Origin: Nibricoccus sp.
GTDB taxonomy: Bacteria; Verrucomicrobiota; Verrucomicrobiia; Opitutales; Opitutaceae
Length of the DNA stretch: 64,000 nt
Reading direction: 5' to 3'
Assembly: GCA_047602425.1 (NCBI GenBank)
Contig: JASGHG010000001.1
Location: 1,216,001 to 1,280,000 of the forward strand
In this document: positions 10,640 through 18,735 of the stretch, in pieces
How the letters are laid out: every line of letters starts with the position of its first letter
How positions within the stretch are numbered: the stretch's first letter is position 1
Position numbers and translations under genes: made by a program
The notes under the pieces: model-generated
The model's input: only the letters and a program-made list of their open reading frames with translations
Databases searched by the model: none
Told to the model about the DNA's origin: nothing

Positions 10640-11866
10640 ATGCTTCAGACCTCAAAACGACTGCCCACTCTCGCCACTGTTACCCTTTTTGCTCTTCTGC
10701 AAACCACAGCTTCGGCCGCGACTTGGTACGTGGCCACCACCGGTAGCGATTCGAACGCCGGCACGCTGGCCGCGCCTTTCAAGTCCATCACCAAAGCCCA
10801 GACCGCCGCCGCCTCGGGCGACACGGTGCTGATTCGCGGTGGCACGTACAATAGTTTCACCATCGCCGCTTCGGACAGCACGTACAACTACGTCCACGTT
10901 CTCAGCAAGGCCAACGTCACTTATGGCGCCTACAACGGTGAAGTGCCGATTTTTAATTTTTCCAGCATTTCAACTTCGCTGCGTGTCTGCGGTTTTCGTA
11001 TTACAGGCTCGGGCATTATTCTCAACAGCCTTGTGGTGACCGGCGTCCCGGTCGGCAGCCAGAAACAATCCGAAGCCTTCCGCATCGATGGCAGCGCCGC
11101 GAGTTGCACCTTCAACAAATGCGTCGCCCGCGACAATGCCGCCAACGGTTTCTATTTCACCAACAAATCCACCGGCACCTGCAACAACTGCGACGCCTAC
11201 AACAACGTTGGGCCAACCAGCACTTCGATTGGTAATACCGATGGGTTCGGTGCGCACGGCAATGGCGTGACGTTCAACTATTGCCGCTCCTGGCATAACA
11301 GCGACGACGGCTACGATTGCATCGCTTCCTATGGCGCCAACACTTTCAACCATTGCTGGGCTTACGACATGACCGCTGGTGGCGACTCCAACGGTTTCAA
11401 AATCGGCGGCTGGGGCACTACCACGCCTCCGAGTTCGGTGCCCGTTCACACCGTCAAATATTGCCTCGCGGCCAACAACAACGCCCATGGTTTCTACGCC
11501 AATCACCAGCCCGGCCAGTCGGCCAATTGGACTAACAACACCGCCTACAACAACAAGGCCGCCAACTATGACATGCTTGAGCGTGTGAGCGTCACCGATG
11601 CCACCGACATTGCCGGCACCCGAGAAGTGCTTCACTACAACATCGCCTTTACTGGCACGACCATCATCAACGACAACAACCCCGCCGCCAATAAAACCAA
11701 TAACTCCTGGACCAAGAGCGGCGTGACTGTTTCCTCGGCCGATTTCCAAAGCACCGATGCCAGCCAGATGACGAGCACCCGTCCCTCCGGCAACCCCAAT
11801 TTGCCGGTGATCACCTTCATGAATCTCGTCAGCGGCAGCGATCTCACAGGCATGGGCTGCTTCTAA
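10640..11866 (+). CDS. Secreted polysaccharide lyase family 9 (pectate/RG lyase-like), copy 1
   Basis: Signal peptide, YVATTGSDSNAGT..PF, GNTDGF, NSDDGYD, GDSNGFKIGG (PL9 Ca/Lys motifs); start trimmed to ATG 10640. Confidence 0.88.
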   Translation: MLQTSKRLPTLATVTLFALLQTTASAATWYVATTGSDSNAGTLAAPFKSITKAQTAAASGDTVLIRGGTYNSFTIAASDSTYNYVHVLSKANVTYGAYNGEVPIFNFSSISTSLRVCGFRITGSGIILNSLVVTGVPVGSQKQSEAFRIDGSAASCTFNKCVARDNAANGFYFTNKSTGTCNNCDAYNNVGPTSTSIGNTDGFGAHGNGVTFNYCRSWHNSDDGYDCIASYGANTFNHCWAYDMTAGGDSNGFKIGGWGTTTPPSSVPVHTVKYCLAANNNAHGFYANHQPGQSANWTNNTAYNNKAANYDMLERVSVTDATDIAGTREVLHYNIAFTGTTIINDNNPAANKTNNSWTKSGVTVSSADFQSTDASQMTSTRPSGNPNLPVITFMNLVSGSDLTGMGCF

Positions 11867-11894
11867 GATATTGTCCCACCCACACTAACCCCGG

Positions 11895-11927
11895 CCGGGG
11901 GTGCGCTGAGCACCTCCGGTTTTTTTT
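11895..11927 (+). terminator. Intrinsic terminator after PL9 copy 1
   Basis: CCGGGGGTGC-GCTGA-GCACCTCCGG followed by T8. Confidence 0.8.
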
Positions 11928-12026
11928 GTCATCAAAAAATCACCAGTCACCGCATTTGATTTTCCGATCGTTGCCATTTGATTCACCGCCTACCCGCCAC
12001 ACCCGCTGCCGCGAATCCCCCTTTGT

Positions 12027-12053
12027 AATCGGCAACACGTTTTTGCTTTCGCC
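12027..12053 (+). promoter_or_regulatory. Candidate ECF-type promoter
   Basis: AATCGG-N17-CGCC, ~60 nt before the PL9 copy 2 start. Confidence 0.35.
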
Positions 12054-12112
12054 TTTTTCCGCCGGCAACCCCGCCGACGGTCCACAACAACCACATAAAA
12101 GAACCATACCCC

Positions 12113-13348
12113 ATGTCTGCAATGCGTCACACCACCAAGCGTCTGCCAGCCCTCGCCGCGGCAGCGCTCTTCGTCCTGCTACAAACCGCGGCCTCCGCCG
12201 CCACTTGGTACGTCGCCACCACCGGGAGCGATTCCAACGCCGGCACCAGCTCCGCGCCGTTCAAGTCCATCACTAAAGCCCAATCGGCCGCCGCCTCTGG
12301 CGATACGGTTTATGTCCGCGGCGGCACCTACAGCAGCTTCACCGTTGCCGCTTCCGACAGCACCTATAACTACGTGCACGTCCTAAATAAAGCGAATATC
12401 ACCTATGCAGCCTACGGCACCGAAGTGCCGACCTTCAACTTCTCCAGCGTTTCCACCTCGCTCCGCGTGTGCGGATTCCGTGTCACCGGCTCGGGCATCA
12501 CCATCAACGGTTTTGTTGTGACCGGGACGCCCGTCGGCAGCCAGAAACAATCCGAATGCTTCCGCATCGATGGCAGCGCCGCGAGTTGCACGTTCAACAA
12601 ATGCGTCTGCCGCGACAATGCAGCCAATGGCTTTTACTACACGAACAAGTCGTCAGGTACAGTCAATAACTGCGACGCGTACAATAACATTGGCACGAGC
12701 AGCACGTCTGTTGGGAATACCGATGGGTTCGGCGCGCACGGCAATGGCGTGACTTTCAACTACTGCCGCTCCTGGCACAACAGCGACGACGGCTACGATT
12801 GCATCGCTTCCTATGGCGCAAATACCTTCAACCATTGCTGGGCCTACAACATGACGGCCGGCGGCGACTCGAACGGTTTCAAAATCGGCGGCTGGGGCAC
12901 TTCGACGCCACCCAGTTCCGTGCCGGTCCACACCGTCAAATACTGCCTCTCGGCCAGCAACAACTCGAACGGTTTTTACGCCAATCATCAGCCCGGCCAG
13001 TCCGCCAATTGGACTTACAACACCTCGTACAACAACAAAAGCGCCAACTACAACATGCTCGAGCGTGTGAGCGTGACCGATGCCACCGATATCGCCGGCA
13101 CCCGCGAAGTATTCCACTACAATATCGCTTTCACCGGCACCACGATCTCGAATGATAACAATCCCGCGGCCAACAAGACCAACAACTCCTGGACCAAGAG
13201 CGGCGTCACAGTCTCCTCAGCCGATTTCCAAAGCACCACGGCCAGCCAAATGACCAATGCACGCGGCACTGGTTCGCCCAATTTGCCCACTATCACCTTC
13301 ATGCACCTCGTGAGCGGCAGCGACCTCACCGGCATGGGCTGCTTCTGA
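12113..13348 (+). CDS. Secreted polysaccharide lyase family 9, copy 2
   Basis: Same motifs as copy 1 and colinear with it, both ending SGSDLTGMGCF. Confidence 0.88.
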   Translation: MSAMRHTTKRLPALAAAALFVLLQTAASAATWYVATTGSDSNAGTSSAPFKSITKAQSAAASGDTVYVRGGTYSSFTVAASDSTYNYVHVLNKANITYAAYGTEVPTFNFSSVSTSLRVCGFRVTGSGITINGFVVTGTPVGSQKQSECFRIDGSAASCTFNKCVCRDNAANGFYYTNKSSGTVNNCDAYNNIGTSSTSVGNTDGFGAHGNGVTFNYCRSWHNSDDGYDCIASYGANTFNHCWAYNMTAGGDSNGFKIGGWGTSTPPSSVPVHTVKYCLSASNNSNGFYANHQPGQSANWTYNTSYNNKSANYNMLERVSVTDATDIAGTREVFHYNIAFTGTTISNDNNPAANKTNNSWTKSGVTVSSADFQSTTASQMTNARGTGSPNLPTITFMHLVSGSDLTGMGCF

Positions 13349-13382
13349 GCATACATAAAACGAACCTCTGTTGACCATCTTC

Positions 13383-13420
13383 AGCCGGGGCCGCTTACCG
13401 TCGTACGTCCCCGGCTTTTT
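13383..13420 (+). terminator. Intrinsic terminator after PL9 copy 2
   Basis: AGCCGGGG...CCCCGGCT followed by TTTT. Confidence 0.6.
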
Positions 13421-13424
13421 ACTT

Positions 13425-14228
13425 ATGAAACGCGCCCGCTCTCTTCCCCTCCTGTTTGCCTTCTGTGTTATTAGTACTGTTGTATGTTTCGGTCAGAAAC
13501 TTCCGCAGGAAGCCCGGCCCCAGGCGCTCAGCCTCGATCTTGGCGGCGGCATCATGATGGATTTCGTCCTCATCCCTGCGGGCAGTTTCCTCATGGGCGG
13601 CGATGAAAACTCCGGCGATGGCGACGAATACCCTGCCCACAAAGTCATTTTCTCAAGACCCTTTTACCTCGGCAAATACGAGGTCACTCAGGAGCAATGG
13701 TCGCTCCTTATGGGCAAAAACCCAAGCCAGTTTAAAGGGCCAAAGCTTCCCGTGGAAACCGTCAGCTGGAATGACTGCCAGATTTTCCTTTCCCGGCTCG
13801 CCGAAAAGACCGGCCGCCACGCGGTCCTGCCCACCGAAGCTCAATGGGAGTACGCCTGCCGCGCGGGGACTTCCTCTTCCTGGTTCCACGGCGTCTCCGA
13901 CCGGCTCGCCGCCGATTATGCCTGGTATGGCGAGAATTCCGAAAACAAAACCCACCCCGTAGGGCTAAAGAAACCAAATCCGTGGGGACTTTACGACATG
14001 ACTGGCAATGTCTGGGAATGGTGCGCGGATTTTTACCAAAAACACGCGTATACAAAGGGCGAAGCCATCGATCCCACGGGTCCAGCGAAGGGCGAAGCCC
14101 GCATCACTCGCGGCGGCGCCTGGGGTGATAATACCGAATTACTGCGCTCCTCCGCCCGCAATTGCGCGGGCCCTGAAATCGCAAACCAAGGCCTAGGTCT
14201 AAGGTGCGCGATTCTCCTTCCAGACTGA
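13425..14228 (+). CDS. Formylglycine-generating-enzyme (SUMF1/FGE-sulfatase) fold protein, secreted
   Basis: IPAGSFLMG, YEVTQ, LPTEAQWEYACRAG, NPWGLYDMTGNVWEW, RGGAW, GLRC; lacks the CxxxxC catalytic pair of true FGE. Confidence 0.9.
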   Translation: MKRARSLPLLFAFCVISTVVCFGQKLPQEARPQALSLDLGGGIMMDFVLIPAGSFLMGGDENSGDGDEYPAHKVIFSRPFYLGKYEVTQEQWSLLMGKNPSQFKGPKLPVETVSWNDCQIFLSRLAEKTGRHAVLPTEAQWEYACRAGTSSSWFHGVSDRLAADYAWYGENSENKTHPVGLKKPNPWGLYDMTGNVWEWCADFYQKHAYTKGEAIDPTGPAKGEARITRGGAWGDNTELLRSSARNCAGPEIANQGLGLRCAILLPD

Positions 14229-14255
14229 TCTTGTTTTTAAAATCCCACGCGAGAT

Positions 14256-15353
14256 TTACTCCTTCGGACGTTCGCGTTCCGCCTGTTCCTCTTTCAGCAT
14301 TTTTTCCACGCGCTCTTTTTCCGGCAGCGTCCTGATCCAGGCTTGGGCGGCGTTTGCGTCCACTTTCAGCCAGGCGCGCGCCAACGCATCGACTGCATCG
14401 GAGCGCAAGTTGATATCCGTCGAATGAGAAAGCCAATTCGCCGCGTCCGCCGGCGATTTTTCCGACCAGATTTCGACGATGGACTGCGCCGTCTCTTTGA
14501 GCGCGCCTTCCGTCTTCACCGCGTTCGAAAGCCATTGTGCGCCAAGATCGGGATCGCCCATCGCAATCGCCTTGGCGGTCATGACCAGCGTTTTTTCACG
14601 CAATGCCGGATCGGCAATGGTGCCAACCAAACCAATCGCACCCGACAAATCCCGCGTCGCCCAGTCATAAACAATGGTCTCAAGCGCATTCGTTTGCTCC
14701 TTTCCGGGTTTCATCTGTCTGGCCAAAGCCGCGGCTTGGGGCGGACTTTTCGCGACCGCGATCAAACTGGCTTCGCCCAAAAAGGTCTGTTTCCAGCCTG
14801 TATCCGGCAAATCGTTACAATACAAATTAAGCGTCTGTTCGTCAGACAAGAGCTGTTGCGCGACGAGTCTCGCCTGCAAATCCGTGGCGCTCGGCTGGCT
14901 CGACATCCAGTTCGCCGCTTCCGAGGGATTGACCTTCAACCATTGTTCGAATGCCAGCAGGCCAAAAGGCGAACTCAGCTCGTCGTCAGAGAGCATCCGG
15001 GTAAGCTCGGCCGCGTTTTCCTTGGTCAGCAAGGCCTTCATCGTCTCCAACAAACGTTCCCGTGCAGCTTCGTCTTCGGTTTGGGTCTGTCCCCATTGGG
15101 TTAATTTCAACCGGATCAGCGCCTTCACGTCGCTCAGCGGAATTCCTGCCGTCTCATCGTCCTTGCGTTCGACGATAAGAGCAGGCGTTTCCTTCGCATC
15201 CGGTTTTTGAATACTGGCCGTTGACCTCTCAGTTGGCGGTTCGGCCTGGGGTCGAACTTTCGGCCCATCCGTGCGGAACCAATAGGCTACGCCAAGGGCC
15301 AAAACGATGACAGCCGAAATCAACCCTGCAATTTTGGGCTGGTGGTTTTTCAT
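14256..15353 (-). CDS. Hypothetical N-terminally anchored helical-repeat protein
   Basis: N-terminal TM (IAGLISAVIVLALGVAYWF), repeated W..xDPxxAxxW-like units. Confidence 0.7.
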   Translation of the reverse strand: MKNHQPKIAGLISAVIVLALGVAYWFRTDGPKVRPQAEPPTERSTASIQKPDAKETPALIVERKDDETAGIPLSDVKALIRLKLTQWGQTQTEDEAARERLLETMKALLTKENAAELTRMLSDDELSSPFGLLAFEQWLKVNPSEAANWMSSQPSATDLQARLVAQQLLSDEQTLNLYCNDLPDTGWKQTFLGEASLIAVAKSPPQAAALARQMKPGKEQTNALETIVYDWATRDLSGAIGLVGTIADPALREKTLVMTAKAIAMGDPDLGAQWLSNAVKTEGALKETAQSIVEIWSEKSPADAANWLSHSTDINLRSDAVDALARAWLKVDANAAQAWIRTLPEKERVEKMLKEEQAERERPKE

Positions 15354-15422
15354 AGGGTAACGTTTCCAAAAATCCATGGCACTTTGCGGGTTTGCAAGCG
15401 CCATGAACAGATGACACGCCCG

Positions 15423-17816
15423 CTATGGTTTTTTCAAAAGACGGATGCCGTAAATCGATCCTGTACGAGAGCCTGATTTGGCCACGAACTTCACCTCCAG
15501 CGTGCCATCGTCCTTTGCAAGAGAATCAGGAATTGAATAACTGACGTCATCGAATTTGTCGGGAGTGCGGCCGTTGAGTTTCACGGTGGAAACGACGACG
15601 CCGTTGACCACGAGATCGAATTCGCGGCGGTTCTCACCCAAAGAATACGTCACGAGCAGTTCGGCGCTGCAGCCTTTCTCGCCGCGCAGGGTGTAACCGA
15701 ACCATTTGCCAGAATCCCGCCAGCGTCGGCCGAGGCTTGCGCCCGTGGCGGAATCGTCCCCCGCATAGGCATGTTCCACCTCAGGTTGCTGCTCGCCCGG
15801 ATTAACCTGGTCAAGCGTGCGGGCCTCGAGCGCGAGTCGTGCATTTTCCTGCACGGCAAGTTCCGAGAGCAGTTTGGCGTGTCCTTCCGGCGTCACCGTG
15901 CGCCAGTAAATCATGTAGCGCGAATCGTGCACGCGGAAGAAAGGCACGAGTTCAAGTTTACCCGCTTCGACCGGCCGGATGAGATCCTGCGCGGTAAAAG
16001 TCATGGGATGGCCTTTGACGGGAACAATATGTTCGGCAAGATGCGCGGGATCCCCCACCAGCATCGGCGCGCGATCGAGCGGAAGCATCGGACCCTCCGT
16101 GCGGTGCCCCATGCGGCCATCGTTGGCGATGAGGTCGGTCAATGGTTCGGTTTCCGTCTTCGCCGCGAGCACGATCGGACCGCGCAGCACCGCGACATAG
16201 TCGGAGCCATCGGGCAGACGTTCTGTTGTAGTCTGCATCGGCAGCTCAATCTCGACGCAATCGCCGTTGTTCCATTCCCGGTCGATGACAACGAATTCGC
16301 CGGGCTTCGTGCCGGACAAGGCTCGCACCTTGCCGTTTATGCGCACGACAAAATCGCCAGATCGCACCCAAGACGGCTGACGGAGTTTCAACTCAAAGCG
16401 CTGCGATTTCTTCAACGATAAAACAAGCCGCGTGCGCTCTTCGTCGGGGAATTTCGTTTCCTGCCGCAGCTTCAAGTCGCGCTCGATCCAGTTGAGTTCG
16501 GAGGCGATGAATAGGTTCACATAAAGCGCGTCATTGGTACGCGCGTAGATGAATTGCCCGTACTTTCCGTGATTTTCGATGCCGCTGCCCACACAACACC
16601 AGAAGCATTCTGTCGGTTGTGAATAGTTTCGGTAATGACGCGGACGGATCGGCGTGAAGTAAACGAAGCCGCCGCGTTCCGGATGCTGCGAAGACAGAAT
16701 GTGGTTAAAAAGCGCCCGTTCGTAATAGTCCGCATAGCGGGCTGATGGGTCGCTGCGAAACAATTGCTCGGTGAGCCGAAGCATATTGTAGGTATTGCAG
16801 GTTTCGGGACCTTCGCGGGTCTCGACCATCGATGAAAAATCCTCAGCCGGGTGAAAATGTTCGCGCACGCTGTTCCCGCCGAAAGCGACGCTGCGCCGTT
16901 CCACCACGGTCTGCCAAAAGAATGCGGCCGCGCTATTCCACGCCGGATCGCCACGAAGTTCCGCGATGCGCGCGAAACCGATGACCTTGGGAATTTGGGT
17001 GTTGGCATGAAGCCCGGTGAGCGGATCGGAGTTTTTCAGCAGCGGATCGAGCAGAACGCGGTGCGAAAACCGTTTTGCCAGTGCGAGGTATTTCGCGTCG
17101 CCGGTAATTGCACAGACATCGGCAAGCACTTCGTTCATTCCGCCGTGCTCGCAACGCATCATTTGTTGGAGCTGTTCATCGGTTAGACCTGCCAGCAGGC
17201 GGTCGCACCAATCCGCGAGCGCGACGAGCACATCCCGCGCCTGGGCGTTGCCGGCGATGGTCCAAGCATCGCGCAAACCGGCAAAGGTTTTGTGCAGGTT
17301 GTACCAGGGCACCCATTTTCCGTTGATGGAAAAGTTGTCGACCTTCAGCTTGCCCGCCGCGAGTTCCCGCCAAAGTTCGCGGTCCCCGGGGCAACCGCCG
17401 ACATAGCCGTCGCCATTGGCGCGCTGACAGGCGGCCATTTCGCTCACCATATAATCGAGCCGCCGCACGATCTCCGCGTCTCCCGTCGTCACCGCCATCT
17501 GCGCGAGCGCCGTCAAATAGTGGCCGGCGGAATGGCCATCGAGACCCGTGCTTTCCCAGTTGGGATATTTTTTCGCCTTCGAGGGAAGACCGGATTCCGC
17601 GCGAAATGGTGCCATGAAACGGTCCACATCGAGCGCCAGCATGTAGCGCAAATCGACCTCTTGGGCGGACTTGAAGGGGCCGTCGAGCAGTCGCACGTCG
17701 CGCAAACCGAACTCTTTTACAGAGGCAATTGCGGGTTGCCCGCCGACGCCGAAGGCGCGAATTGCGAGGCTGGCGATGGCAAAAAAGGCGGCAATGCGCA
17801 GGGGCAGTTTCTTCAT
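15423..17816 (-). CDS. GH127/GH146-type beta-L-arabinofuranosidase, secreted
   Basis: WESTGLDGH, PWYNLHK, EHGGMNE, HANTQIPK, GGNSVREHF, ETCNTYN, FWCCVGSG; start trimmed to ATG 17816. Confidence 0.9.
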   Translation of the reverse strand: MKKLPLRIAAFFAIASLAIRAFGVGGQPAIASVKEFGLRDVRLLDGPFKSAQEVDLRYMLALDVDRFMAPFRAESGLPSKAKKYPNWESTGLDGHSAGHYLTALAQMAVTTGDAEIVRRLDYMVSEMAACQRANGDGYVGGCPGDRELWRELAAGKLKVDNFSINGKWVPWYNLHKTFAGLRDAWTIAGNAQARDVLVALADWCDRLLAGLTDEQLQQMMRCEHGGMNEVLADVCAITGDAKYLALAKRFSHRVLLDPLLKNSDPLTGLHANTQIPKVIGFARIAELRGDPAWNSAAAFFWQTVVERRSVAFGGNSVREHFHPAEDFSSMVETREGPETCNTYNMLRLTEQLFRSDPSARYADYYERALFNHILSSQHPERGGFVYFTPIRPRHYRNYSQPTECFWCCVGSGIENHGKYGQFIYARTNDALYVNLFIASELNWIERDLKLRQETKFPDEERTRLVLSLKKSQRFELKLRQPSWVRSGDFVVRINGKVRALSGTKPGEFVVIDREWNNGDCVEIELPMQTTTERLPDGSDYVAVLRGPIVLAAKTETEPLTDLIANDGRMGHRTEGPMLPLDRAPMLVGDPAHLAEHIVPVKGHPMTFTAQDLIRPVEAGKLELVPFFRVHDSRYMIYWRTVTPEGHAKLLSELAVQENARLALEARTLDQVNPGEQQPEVEHAYAGDDSATGASLGRRWRDSGKWFGYTLRGEKGCSAELLVTYSLGENRREFDLVVNGVVVSTVKLNGRTPDKFDDVSYSIPDSLAKDDGTLEVKFVAKSGSRTGSIYGIRLLKKP

Positions 17817-18153
17817 TAAAGAGCACAAAATCCGCACAACCAGCGGGTTCAAGCCCGCCTCCACATGACTGTACAGTAAATGACGCATCCGCGAGCGGTC
17901 CGACAACTTGACTCTCCTCTGAAAACTGCCAGTTTCATCACACCACACCCATAGGTTCCGAGCTTCCCATCGGGACCGAATAAACCAGCCCCCAAACGAC
18001 TTCCCGCCAGGACATTGTGTACCCGCAAATCCAGCAGCTTCTGCGTCTGCGAATCGCAAAGTCCGCCCCAAAAATGAACTTCCCTCATCCGCAGTCGACC
18101 GTGCTTTTGCCCTCCAAAGCGCGTGCCGCGAATGAACAGAGTTTTCCCCAGCC

Positions 18154-18711
18154 ATGAGCGAAATCACCCTCTTGCTCGAAGCCAATGCCCGTGGCGATGG
18201 TTGTGCCGCCGGCGAACTTCTTCCCCTCGTCTACGACGAACTTCGACGGCACGCCTCCGTCCGCATGTCGCACGAACTCGCCGGACAAACCCTGCAACCC
18301 ACCGCTTTGGTGCATGAGGCCTGGTTGCGGTTATTTGGCACAGGCGACCAGCGCTGGATGAATCGCGCGCACTTTTTCGGCGCCGCCGCAGAGGCGATGC
18401 GCCGCATCCTGATCGAAAAAGCCCGCAGCAAGCTCCGTCTGAAACGTGGCGGCGTGCAGACCCGCCTCGACATCAACGAGGTGGAACTGGCCTCAAGCAT
18501 GCCCGAGGAAAAAGTGCTCCTGATCGACGACGCGCTTGAGCAGTTGAAAATTCAGGATCCGGAAAAAGCCCGCGTGGTCGTGCTGAAATTTTTTGGCGGA
18601 TTATCCAACCAGGAAGTTGCCGAGACCATGGGCGTGACCGAACGCACCATCGAGCGCCACTGGGCTTATGCCAAGGCTTGGTTGTTCCAATGCATCCGCG
18701 CCCAGAAATAA
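18154..18711 (+). CDS. ECF sigma factor, TIGR02999/kinase-associated type
   Basis: LLPLVYDELRR, TLQPTALVHEAW, RAHFFGAAAEAMRRILI, FFGGLS..EVA, W..AKAWL. Confidence 0.93.
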   Translation: MSEITLLLEANARGDGCAAGELLPLVYDELRRHASVRMSHELAGQTLQPTALVHEAWLRLFGTGDQRWMNRAHFFGAAAEAMRRILIEKARSKLRLKRGGVQTRLDINEVELASSMPEEKVLLIDDALEQLKIQDPEKARVVVLKFFGGLSNQEVAETMGVTERTIERHWAYAKAWLFQCIRAQK

Positions 18712-18735
18712 GGGCGCTCACGCAACGGCCCGCCC

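Noticed and set aside
13425..14228. Diversity-generating retroelement target (FGE/CLec fold)
   Set aside because: No reverse transcriptase and no template-repeat copy of the 3' end were seen in the window
17878..17905. ECF motif upstream of GH146 (minus strand TGTCGG...CGTCA)
   Set aside because: The spacer is 14 nt rather than 17 and the -10 box differs, so it is not counted as the same motif
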